Of a stretch of 64,000 nt of DNA, positions 48,979 to 61,143 are shown piece after piece. Each line of letters starts with the position of its first letter. Position 1 is the stretch's first letter. A program made the position numbers and the translations under genes. The DNA comes from Eledone cirrhosa (lineage: Eukaryota), in NCBI GenBank assembly GCA_964016885.1, contig OZ024747.1:51770001-51834000 (forward strand), read 5' to 3'. The notes below the pieces were generated by a model. It was not told where the DNA came from. It saw only the letters and a list, made by a program, of their open reading frames with translations, and searched no databases.

Positions 48979-50335
48979 TTGATGACGATGATGATGTTGA
49001 TGACGATGATGATGTTGATGGTTATGGTGATGATGATGTTGGTGATGATGACGGCGATGATGTTGATATTGGTGATGGTGGTGATGATGATGGTGATGAT
49101 GGTGATGATCTTGGTGATGGTGATGGCGATGATGTTGATATTGGTGATGGTGGTGATGATGATGGTGATGATGGTGATAATGGTAGTGCTGATGGTGACG
49201 ATGGTAATGCTGCTGCTGGTGATGTTAGTGGTGATGGTGACGATGGTGGTGATGTTGGTGACGGTGATGGCGATTATGGTGACGATGGTAATGCTGCTGG
49301 TGATAATGCTGGTGCTGATGGTGACGATGGTAATGCTGCTGGTTATGATGGTGGTAGTGCTGATGGTTATGATGGTGGTAGTGCTGATGGTGACGATGGT
49401 GGTGCTGCTGGTGACGATAGTAATGCTGCTGGTGATAATGGTGGTGCTGATGGTGACGATAGTAATGCTGCTGGTGATAATGGTGGTGTTGATGGTGACG
49501 ATGGTAATGCTGCTGGTGATGATGGTGGTAGTGCTGATGGTGACGATAGTAATGCTGCTGGTGATGATGGTGGTAGTGCTGATGTTGACGATAGTAATGC
49601 TGCTGGTGATGATGGTGGTAGTGCTGATGGTGACGATAGTAATGCTGCTGGTGATGATGGTGGTAGTGCTGATGGTGACGATGGTAATGCTGCTGGTGAT
49701 GATGGTGGTAGTGCTGATGGTGACGATGGTAGTGCTGATGGTTATGATGGTGGTAGTGCTGATGGTTATGATGGTGGTAGTGCTGATGGTTATGATGGTG
49801 GTAGTGCTGATGGTGACGATGGTAGTGCTGATGGTGACAGTGGTAGTGCTGATGGTTATGATGGTGGTAGTGCTGATGGTGACGATGGTAGTGCTGATGG
49901 TGACAGTGGTAGTGCTGATGGTTATGATGGTGGTAGTGCTGATGGTGACGATGGTAATGCTGCTGGTGATGATGGTGGTAGTGCTGATGGTGACGATGGT
50001 AGTGATGATGGTGACAGTGGTAGTGCTGATGGTTATGATGGTGGTAGTGCTGATGGTGACGATGGTAGTGCTGATGGTTATGATGGTGGTAGTGCTGATG
50101 GTGACGATGGTAGTGCTGATGGTTATGATGGTGGTAGTGCTGATGGTTATGATGGTGGTAATGCTGATGGTGCCGGTGGTGGTAGTGTTGATGGTGACAG
50201 TGGTAGTAGTGCTGATGGTTATGATGGTGGTAGTGCTGATGGTGACGGTGGTGGTAGTGCTGATGGTGACAGTGGTGGTGCTGATGGTGACGATGGTGGT
50301 AGTGCCGATGGTGACGGTGGTGGTGGTGCTGTTAT
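48540..50335. repeat. (GAT/GGT)-derived compound satellite grading into 15-21-bp sub-units (ggtagtgctgatggt...)
   Basis: Pure GAT runs on the left, structured trinucleotide-derived units on the right. Confidence 0.9.
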
Positions 50336-50456
50336 TATTGACTAACACTATGGATCAAGCCGAAAGCAACAATTAATTTCCTTTCAGAGAGTGGAACATT
50401 TTTTTCAAACCAATTTATATAACATCTACTATGTCATACCACGCTGTCCACGTGTG

Positions 50457-50489
<33 letters not shown>

Positions 50490-50506
50490 GTATATATATA
50501 TATATA

Positions 50507-50645
<139 letters not shown>

Positions 50646-50686
50646 TATATATACGCACATATGTATACATGTATATATATATATAT

Positions 50687-50798
<112 letters not shown>

Positions 50799-50808
50799 GC
50801 ACATATGT

Positions 50809-50853
<45 letters not shown>

Positions 50854-50996
50854 CGTGCGTGCATACATACATACATGCATATTCTGATTGTTATACTCAT
50901 AGAAATTTTTTTCTTAAATTGTGAATTCTTGGTCAAACACATACAAACATATACATACCACACGCGCACGCGCACACATATTTATTTGTATATCTG

Positions 50997-51058
<62 letters not shown>

Positions 51059-51473
51059 TGCGTTTGTGGTTTTACATAGATACACATATATGCGTATTTA
51101 AGAATCCCAAAGCACCAACTTCTGTTAAATACACAATATTATATTGAATTTCTTTCTTGACAACACACTAGGCAAAATTATTTAAAGTAGTTTGTCTGAG
51201 TGTGTGAGAGAGATTGTGTGTATGTGTGTATGTGTGTGTTTGTGTGAGGGCGGAGGGTCTGGTTTGGTGGGGACGTATGAGGAATTCAATCAATTTCAAT
51301 ATATTATTGCTATTTGGTGTTCGAAGGAATGTAGAGAGAAATTCAGATTGGAATAGAAGAGAATGAAACTGTAGTATTTAGAATAGAGAGCAATATTCTT
51401 CAGTCTTTGTTATTTGTAGTTTTCTGGTTTTATTTAATGATTCCTGACCACAATTGCCTAGGGTCAAGTTTTG

Positions 51474-51700
51474 AAGGACTCCTGTTATGAACATATCACT
51501 AATGAGGTGTATGTCACTAACATAGAAGAGGGTATATAGTGTTCTCTATATACAGCAGTGTGTAGAATTTCGTGCATATAGAAGTCTATATAAGGACCCC
51601 TGTTATGAAGATATCACTGAGGTATATGTCACTAACATAGTAACAAAAGAGAACTGTGGTGTTATGTGTATAGAACAGTGTGTAGAAATGTCGTGTATAT
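51474..51700 (+). repeat. Diverged ~120-bp tandem duplication
   Basis: aaggac.cctgttatgaa.atatcact...tgaggt.tatgtcactaacatag occurs twice. Confidence 0.75.
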
Positions 51701-51878
51701 AGAATATATACATAACATATACATAACATATATTTTACGACGTCACAACTACATTACACCATATTACAGTACACTTCTTCCCCAGGGCTATATGTTATAC
51801 ACGACTACCTTATTACATCACCACGACACCACAGCTCCACGACCACACAGCTCCTCGGGCACACAGCTCCTCGGGCTC

Positions 51879-52152
51879 CATGGCACTACGACACCACGGT
51901 TTCAAGACACACGGCACCATGGCCGCACAACCTCACGGCCTCATGGCACTACGACACCACGGCATCAGGACACACGACAACATGGCGGCACAACCCCACG
52001 GCCTCATGGCACTACGACACCACGGCATCAGGACACACGACAACATGGCGGCACAACCCCACGGCCTCATGGCACTACGACACCACGGCATCAGGACACA
52101 CGACAACATGGCGGCACAACCCCACGGCCTCATGGCACTACGACACCACGGC
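51879..52152 (+). repeat. 63-bp GC-rich minisatellite, ~4.3 copies
   Basis: catggcactacgacaccacgg recurs at 51879, 51942, 52005, 52068 and 52131. Confidence 0.92.
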
Positions 52153-52358
52153 AGCAAGATAGCGCGGCTCCATGTGATTCCACACAGCCTCACAACTACA
52201 CAGTCACAATCACAAAAGCTCTGTGTTACACAATCTTACACTTTACAACCACCCAATTACAAGTCATAAAACTGTTTCATAAATATAATATTTCGGACAT
52301 TTAATTAAAAAAATAGGCAGAGAGACAGTTAATAGGATGGAGGAGAAGAGGGGGAAGG

Positions 52359-54456
52359 TTGGAGTGGAGGGAGGTTGGAGTGGAGGGAGGTTGGAGTGGA
52401 GGGAGGTTGGAGTGGAGGGAGGTTAAGGTGGAGGAAAGTTGGAGTGGAGGAAGATTGGGGTGGAGAGAGGTTAAGGTGGAGGAAAGTTGGTGTGCAGGGA
52501 GGTTAAGGTGGAGGAAAGTTGGAGTGGAGGAAGATTGGAGTGGAGGGAGGTTAAGGTGGAGGAAAGTTGGAGTGGAGGAAGATTGGAGTGGAGGGAGGTT
52601 AAGGTGGAGGAAAGTTGGAGTGGAGGGAGGTTAAGGTGGAGGAAAGTTGGAGTGGAGGGAGGTTAAGGTGGAGGAAAGTTGGAGTGGAGGAAGATTGGAG
52701 TGGAGGGAGGTTAAGGTGGAGGAAAGTTGGAGTGGAGGAAGATTGGGGTGGAGAGAGGTTAAGGTGGAGGAAAGTTGGAGTGCAGGGAGGTTAAGGTGGA
52801 GGAAAGTTGGAGTGGAGGAAGATTGGAGTGGAGGGAGGTTAAGGTGGAGGAAAGTTGGAGTGGAGGAAGATTGGAGTGGAGGGAGGTTAAGGTGGAGGAA
52901 AGTTGGAGTGGAGGGAGGTTAAGGTGGAGGAAAGTTGGAGTGCAGGGAGGTTAAGGTGGAGGAAAGTTGGAGTGGAGGAAGATTGGAGTGGGGGGAGGTT
53001 AAGGTGGAGGAAAGTTGGAGTGGAGGAAGATTGGAGTGGAGGGAGGTTAAGGTGGAGGAAAGTTGGAGTGGAGGAAGATTGGAGTGGAGGGAGGTTAAGG
53101 TTGAGGAAAGTTGGAGTGGAGGGAGGTTAAGGTGGAGGAAAGTTGGAGTGGAGGAAGATTGGAGTGGAGGGAGGTTAAGGTGGAGGAAAGTTGGAGTGCA
53201 GGGAGGTTAAGGTGGAGGACAGTTGGAGTGGAGGAAGATTGGTGTGGAGGGAGGTTAAGGTGGAGGAAAGTTGGAGTGGAGGAAGATTGGAGTGGAGGGA
53301 GGTTAAGGTGGAGGAAAGTTGGAGTGGAGGAAGATTGGAGTGGAGGGAGGTTAAGGTGGAGGAAAGTTGGAGTGGAGGGAGGTTAAGGTGGAGGAAAGTT
53401 GGAGTGGAGGGAGGTTAAGGTGGAGGAAAGTTGGAGTGGAGGAAGATTGGAGTGGAGGGAGGTTAAGGTGGAGGAAAGTTGGAGTGGAGGAAGATTGGGG
53501 TGGAGAGAGGTTAAGGTGGAGGAAAGTTGGAGTGCAGGGAGGTTAAGGTGGAGGAAAGTTGGAGTGGAGGAAGATTGGAGTGGAGGGAGGTAAAGGTGGA
53601 GGAAAGTTGGAGTGGAGGAAGATTGGAGTGGAGGGAGGTTAAGGTGGAGGAAAGTTGGAGTGGAGGGAGGTTAAGGTGGAGGAAAGTTGGAGTGCAGGGA
53701 GGTTAAGGTGGAGGAAAGTTGGAGTGGAGGAAGATTGGAGTGGGGGGAGGTTAAGGTGGAGGAAAGTTGGAGTGGAGGAAGATTGGAGTGGAGGGAGGTT
53801 AAGGTGGAGGAAAGTTGGAGTGGAGGAAGATTGGAGTGGAGGGAGGTTAAGGTTGAGGAAAGTTGGAGTGGAGGGAGGTTAAGGTGGAGGAAAGTTGGAG
53901 TGGAGGAAGATTGGAGTGGAGGGAGGTTAAGGTGGAGGAAAGTTGGAGTGCAGGGAGGTTAAGGTGGAGGACAGTTGGAGTGGAGGAAGATTGGTGTGGA
54001 GGGAGGTTAAGGTGGAGGAAAGTTGGAGTGGAGGAAGATTGGAGTGGAGGGAGGTTAAGGTGGAGGAAAGTTGGAGTGGAGGAAGATTGGAGTGGAGGGA
54101 GGTTAAGGTGGAGGAAAGTTGGAGTGGAGGGAGGTTAAGGTGGAGGAATGTTGGAGTGGAGGAAGATTGGAGTGGAGGGAGGTTAAGGTGGAGGAAAGTT
54201 GGAGTGCAGGGAGGTTAAGGTGGAGGACAGTTGGAGTGGAGGAAGATTGGTGTGGAGGGAGGTTAAGGTGGAGGAAAGTTGGAGTGGAGGAAGATTGGAG
54301 TGGAGGGAGGTTAAGGTGGAGGAAAGTTGGAGTGGAGGAAGATTGGAGTGGAGGGAGGTTAAGGTGGAGGAAAGTTGGAGTGGAGGGAGGTTAAGGTGGA
54401 GGAAAGTTGGAGTGGAGGAAGATTGGAGTGGAGGGAGGTTAAGGTGGAGGAAAGTT
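52359..54456 (+). repeat. Purine-rich 16-bp satellite with higher-order repeats
   Basis: Monomers ttggagtggagggagg, ttaaggtggaggaaag and ttggagtggaggaaga. Matching variant blocks recur at offsets of 752 and 256 bp. Confidence 0.95.
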
Positions 54457-54931
54457 GTAGTGGCGGTGGTGGTGGTTATGGTAGTTATGGTGGTGGTGGT
54501 GGTGATGGTCGTGGGGATGATTGTGGGATGATGATGGTGGTGGTGGTGACGGTGGGGGTGGTGATGGTGGGGGTGGTGATGGTGGTGGTGGTGGTGGTGG
54601 TGATGGTGGTGGTGGTGATGGTGGTGGTGGGGAGGGATGATTATAAATGTGATGACGATGTTGATGGCGATGATGATGGTAATGATCATGGGAATGGTGA
54701 TGAAGGTGATGATGATGGTGATGGTGATGATGAGGGTGATGGTGATGGTGATGGTGATGATGATGATGATGGTGGTGATGATGCTAATGGTGGAGATCGT
54801 GGTAATGGTGAAGGTGAAATATGATGATGTAGATGAGTATGATGGTGATAATTTTGATGATGGTGATGATGATGGTGAAGAAGATGAAAACTGTATTACT
54901 ACTACGGCTACTACTGCTATTGAAACTACTT

Positions 54932-54977
<46 letters not shown>

Positions 54978-55049
54978 AACTACTATACTACTACTACTAC
55001 TCCTACCACTACTACTACTACTATTACTACTACTACTACTACTACTACA

Positions 55050-55081
<32 letters not shown>

Positions 55082-55141
55082 CACCACCACCACTACTACT
55101 ACTATTACTACTACTACTACAACTACCACCACTACTACTAT

Positions 55142-55200
<59 letters not shown>

Positions 55201-55202
55201 TC

Positions 55203-55246
<44 letters not shown>

Positions 55247-55893
55247 ATTAGTAACAATATGAGCAACAGTGGCAACAAAAGCCTAAAACAGCAGCTGTGT
55301 GTAATTTCACGTAAATTATAAATCAGTGGGAGGTCTGTAGCATTTCTAGAAGCTTCTTTGGTGTTTCTATAGTGGTTCTATACACAAATCTGTTTGTCTT
55401 TTATAAAAGACAAACATGTAGAGAGAGATGTTTGGATCGTTCAATGTTCCTGTCATTTACACTCCTTCAGCATTTCCAAATATATAAAACAATATTGTTG
55501 CTGTTGTTGTTGATGCTGTTGTTGTCGTTGTTGTAGTTGTTGTTGCTGCTGCTGTTGTTGTTGTTGGGTTGTAGTTGTTACTGCTGTTATTGTTGCTGTT
55601 GTTGTTGTTATTGTTGGGTTGTAATTGTTGTTGTTGTTGTTGTTGCTGTTGTTGTTGTTGTAGTTGTTGTTGATGCTGTTATTGTCGTTGTTGTAGTTGT
55701 TGTTGCTGTTGCTGCTGGTGTTGTTGTTGTCGTTGTTGTTGCTGGGTTGTAGTTGTTACTGCTGTTATTGTTGTTGTAGCTGTAGTTATTGTTGGGTTGT
55801 AATTGTTGTTGCTGTTGTTGTTGTTGTTGTAGTTGTTGTTGTTGTTGTTGTTGCTGGGTTGTAATGGTTGTTGTTGTAGTTGTTACTGCTGTT

Positions 55894-55924
<31 letters not shown>

Positions 55925-56170
55925 GGATGTAGTTGTTGTTACTGTTGTTGTAGTTGTTTTTGCTGCTGTTGTAGTTGTTATTGTTGCTGTTGTTGTAGCT
56001 GTTGCTGTTGTAGTTGTTGTTGCTGTCGTTGTTAGTTTTGTTGTTTGGGTTGTTATAGTTGTTGTTATGTTTGCGGTAATGGTGGTGATTGTGGTGTTGG
56101 TAATGGTAGAAGTGTTGTTGTTGATGGTGACGATAGGATGATAGTGGTAGTGGCAATGGTAGTGGTAGTG
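54457..56170. repeat. Adjacent (GGT/GAT)n, (CTA/CCA)n and (GTT)n compound microsatellites
   Basis: Direct inspection. Interrupted by a short non-repetitive stretch at ~55250-55490. Confidence 0.9.
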
Positions 56171-56364
56171 GTAGTTGTACTTATTCTGCCTCCATATAGT
56201 CGTTGTCAACACCATTAACACCTTCAACAGTAGTGGCACCATCATCAAGTCTTTGAAATAATCGTAGTGACACCATAATCATCATCATCATCACCCTACC
56301 ATAGTCACCATTTCCCCATCATCAGCTAACACTAGAAAATGTAAATTTACACGTATAATGTGAA

Positions 56365-56690
56365 GGTACGTAGCTTAGTGGTTAGGTCTTTCGCCTCACG
56401 GCCGTAGGGTCGTCAGTTCAATTCCCGGTGGCACATCATGTACAAGAGCAACCCACTTTATTTCCCGTTGATCCAATCCATTCAGCAGGTAAAAATGAGC
56501 TGTACTTCTAATTGAATGCTACAGCCTTGTCGCAGATGTGTCACGCTGAATCTTCTTGAGAACTACGTTATGTGTAATAAGTGTCTGTGGAATGGTTAGC
56601 CATGTTAGCATGGTTAGCCATGTTTCATGAACAGGATATTCCATTGATAGAATCAATTGGAACACTCCTCGCGGAAATTGACGGAGATCC
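56365..56690 (+). mobile_element. Second, older tRNA-derived SINE family
   Basis: Head ggtacgtagcttagtggttagg...gtcagttcaattcccggtgg has A- and B-box-like motifs. The body differs from the main SINE and the 3' limit is approximate. Confidence 0.55.
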
Positions 56691-57332
56691 AATACAACAC
56701 ATACGCATGTATTTTATGCAGTAAATAAATAATCTTTTTATTGAAATTATTTATATTCTAATACAAATAAAATGTAAATCTATATTGGATAGTCCATAAA
56801 GTTTCCTCGGGGATTTTATAGATCCTTTCCTGGAAATATTGCGCATCAATGACCTAGTGTTAAATATATTTATTTTAGACACACATAACGGATGACGACA
56901 ACATATGGTCTAACAATGTTTTGGTCATTTCGTCGTTATTGTTACCATCAGGTAAGCCCTCGTCGACTTCTCCTGGTACCACTTGAGAAAAATGGCTAAG
57001 GTAGAGACGGAGCTACTGCTCTCTGTTGTGTTTTATGAAAGATGGGTGTGATCAGCATTATTAACTCTGCTTTTCTGAGCAGGAGATAAAAAAAAAAACA
57101 GATGACTCTTTCAATGCAGGAGTAACGCCAAGCTTCTCAAATAAAAGACATTTTTATTTTTTGTTTTGGACATTAAGATACATGAAAAAACACTTTTTCA
57201 AACATTTCATTTAATATTTAATACAATATTTATTTTTTATTTATTTATTTATTTTATTTTGCATATTGATAAATTATATTGGATAATAATTAAATGTTTA
57301 AATTTTCAATGGTTGATTAAGAAAGATTTAAC

Positions 57333-57750
57333 AGTAAATAAATGTTTACATTTTTAGCGGTCGATAAATTATATTGACCAGTAAATAAGTGTTTACATAT
57401 TTAGTAATCGATAACATATGATTTACCAGTAAATGAATCTTTACATATTTAATAATCGATAACATATGATTTACCAGTAAATAAATCTTTACATATTTAG
57501 TGATTGATACATCATTTTACATAGTAAATAAATGTTTACATTTTGAGTGATCGACAAAACCTTATTAAGTAATAAATGAATATTTACATTTTAGTGACTG
57601 CTAAATTATATTCAATGTTTACATTCTTAGATATCAATAAACTATGAATGACGAGTAAATAAATGTTTGCATTTTTTAGACATCGATACGTTTGAACATT
57701 AACAAATTGTTTACATATTTGGTGATCGATAAAGCATATTGAAAAGTAAA
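57333..57750 (+). repeat. AT-rich ~47-48-bp degenerate tandem repeat, ~9 copies
   Basis: agtaaataaatgtttaca-like anchor at 57333, 57380, 57428, 57476, 57523 and onward. Confidence 0.8.
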
Positions 57751-57867
57751 TAGAGACGTAAAACGGAGTAATTAAAGTGTTTGTAACATGAAAGAAACCA
57801 GATGATGTTAAAACTATATGTTGTGTTATTATAAAAATATAACATAGGTATTACAGGGATTGTTAAG

Positions 57868-58042
57868 GTCTTCTTCTCTTCTTCGCCTACTTATTCCTGA
57901 AAAGGTCGTGGGGGCAGAGTCCTGAAACCCACCTTCCAGCGGTTCCTATCAGAAGCACCCATCTCTAACTGATCCTGCATGATTCCCCAAACGAGACAAG
58001 CCAAGCTCATGGATGTTATCCAACCATATTACTCGGTGTCTA
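57868..58042 (-). mobile_element. 3' end of an RTE-like LINE (same family as 20850-21020)
   Basis: Shared tggttggataacatccatgagcttggct and a GAA-rich tail. Confidence 0.6.
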
Positions 58043-60449
58043 CGGCAAATTGGCAGAGTCGTTGAAACGTCGGATAGAATTGTTAAGGTATTTCTGATAA
58101 TCTGTCACTACTGGTGTGTATCTCGATTAGAAAACATTGGTCTTAAATTCTAAGACGAATTTGTAACTACATATTTATGTATTTAATTTTTGTACAACCA
58201 ATCTTAATTCAGTCTATTAGTCTAAAGATAATAACTTTTGTTTATAATGAGGGAAGGGTAGAGAGTTGCTATTAGATGTTTTCATTCTTATTTACCATCT
58301 TCATGGAATTAAAGCTAACCCACATGCTACCATCATAAATGAAATGTATGGGTCAGTCCACCTCGTGGTTACGGCTGACATGATGGAGAAGACATTGCCC
58401 CTGAGGATGGAGAGGGAGACGCGTTGGAACAGCCACTTCACTTCACAGGGCTCGCACTTGTGGGCAGAAAACTCCGTTCCAAGAGCAGTGGCAGGGATGT
58501 GGTCTGGAGGCAAAGAACACCGGAATTCTCACTGCCGCAGGCTCAACCACACACCTATCAGAGAGCGGCGGATACTTTGAAAGTTTACTCTTTTCTGTCT
58601 GGCGGACAGCGAAGCGTGGGCTGGTAACCGAATGCATCATGTTGCCGAGAGAGAAGCGGTCTATCACCGAGGAACGGGAACATTGTTATGTAGTGAAGTC
58701 TTTTGCTGGCCCCCTAGATCCAGCCCTGCTGGCTCGAAATGGGAAGGTAAGCCTTCACCGCTCAGGCCATGTTTTATGATTTCTTTGGGAGCAGTATGGC
58801 GGGGAAGCGATCAGTAGTATAATGGCATAATTCGTAGTAACATTAAGTAAAACTATGATCGCTGATGGCAAGATTCGCGTTTATAGTTTTAGTATATCTA
58901 CACGTTTCATTTTGTAGTAACTTCTGATATAATATGTATGTATATTATACACGATATTCATAGGTAAATTTTGAACACATGGCAAGAACGAATTCAAATC
59001 CATTAATCTGACGCCCAAACGACTCTGCCAATTCCCACAATTAAAATTACAATCTCTATAAGTATTTATGTTATATAAAAAGAATTTCCAAACCCGGTTC
59101 CGTCGGTCCTTGCATGTTCATGAGCTATGTTCAGAATTTCAAGTACATTGTTAAAAATACAATGTATATATTCATACACTGTTGTGTATTCATTCTCCTC
59201 TAGATGTAAACATGTCTTTCTATTGATTGTTATTCTCACCATATAACAATCTGAGGAAGAGGGTAGTTGAGGGAGGGAGCCATGTGAATATTCATTTAAA
59301 TAAAGGGAGTCCTTGTTAAAGAAGTATTTTGTATCATTCGTATATAACTTCATTGCGATAATAGTATACACCTGTGTTAAATATAGTATACACATATATT
59401 ATATAGAAAATGGTTATATTAACCTCTTTGATATTAAACCGACTGAAATCGCTCCTAGTTCTACGATATAAACTTGTTTGAATTAAAATGTTTATATTTA
59501 TCTAAATACCTTCCATAAACATTTTATGCCAGGTCCTTTGTTAAGATATGTTTCCAACACTAACTTGATAATGAGAAAGTCAGTTATATTATTAACTCCC
59601 TCTAAATAATTAATTATTTTCAAAATTCTTTGAAAATGATAGACAGTGTCTTTCATTAGAAATATGGTAAAGAAAAGGTTAATAGTATATTCACATATTA
59701 TTTTGTACTTGTTTATAAATATATGATATTCATATGTCATATATGACATTTATATAATTACAGTATATACATCTGATAGATATACAATGTTTATAAATAT
59801 AGTACATTGAGATGTTATATTTTATCATAATAATCATAATAATTCTCAAATTTCATTACATTTTATGAATATGAATCAAATCCCATCTGCGTTTCTATTT
59901 AGTTGAATTTAAATTAGATTTTAAATCATTTATATATAATTCTTTGACCTAAATAGAAGAACGTTACTTTTTGTTTATTTTCATATGTATTTAATTTATT
60001 TTTAACATGTAGTATTAAAATCACATTTATTTTTCTCTTTAGTCGCTAATGAATATTTTATTACCATTATCCGTATTATTAGTATCATCATTACTTTCAT
60101 TAATACCATCAATTATTTATAAGTTATTCTGTTTAGTTTGAGGATTAGATCAACAAGATAGATTTTCCTTATGTTGAATAATTTTTTACTTTATTTATAC
60201 CATATTTCTATCATAATTTAGGAAATTATTGTTTATTTATTACCATTTTTAAATTAAAAATATTATTTTATATTATCAATAAGGTGGTGAAATGTCAGAG
60301 TGGGACAAAATAATTTGCGACATTTGTTAAGGCTATTTTCTCTCTGAGTTCAAATATGGCTGAAGTCACGAAGTCATTTTTGCATAAAACATCGATAACT
60401 AAACGATTAATTTACTAGTGCAAGCGATTCTTGGATATATTGGATATAT

Positions 60450-60504
<55 letters not shown>

Positions 60505-60574
60505 GATAAATGCAACAAAACAAACACCGGGGTTCAAAAATATAAAGTCATATTAGCTTCACGTTGGAAGGAAG

Positions 60575-60608
<34 letters not shown>

Positions 60609-61143
60609 TAGGTGATTCAGTGAATTACTAGTGTTGGTACAAAAGCAAGCACTCTACGCACAGGCTGGGTGTATATACTAGAAAAATACGAGGAAGTTTG
60701 CTTTACATGTATAACATATTTATTGTGTATCGACCTATGGGTGACCTGGAGTCAATCCTCTACAAAACGCCGGCCATTAATCGCTCATATACAGGAAACT
60801 GACTGGCCAGTCTGCCGATATGCAAATCTGGCTGATCAGTGGATCTGCTGATATGCAGATCTGACCGATCAGCCAGTCTGCTAAAATGCAAATCCGGCCT
60901 ATCAGTTTATTATTATTATTATTATTATTGAATGCCATGGTTGACGGAGGCTCGGCTCTGTAAGGTATAGTAATTTTTAACCGTTAAAACAATTGTAAAT
61001 TGTTTAAAACTTGAACCAAATTGTTGATAAAGACACCCTCCTCCTCGTGAGAGGGGTCTTTCTGTCCGTTATTTGGCCCTTCGGGGTTAAATAACCAGTT
61101 ATTGGGGTTTTGTACCCAATATTCATTTTAATCAAAAAACAAC

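Noticed and set aside
48714-50345. 543-aa Asp/Gly-rich ORF resembling acidic biomineralisation proteins
   Set aside because: Three frames across both strands are open because of GAT/GGT repeats. No signal peptide or unique flanking coding sequence, and similar satellites occur elsewhere in the window.
51666-52304. 212-aa ORF with HGTTTPRHQDTRQ repeats
   Set aside because: Explained by a 63-bp in-frame minisatellite that is open in several frames.
52359-54456. CRISPR-like or repeat-protein interpretation of the regular array
   Set aside because: No unique spacers or cas genes, eukaryotic context, and the 16-bp period shifts frame and introduces stops.
56365-56432. tRNA gene
   Set aside because: Has A- and B-box-like motifs but no convincing acceptor stem or terminator, and continues into a SINE-like body.
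59066-59395. 109-aa ORF or exon with a pyrimidine tract and AG at ~59251
   Set aside because: No recognisable protein motif and composition like surrounding AT-rich DNA; cannot be supported without RNA data.
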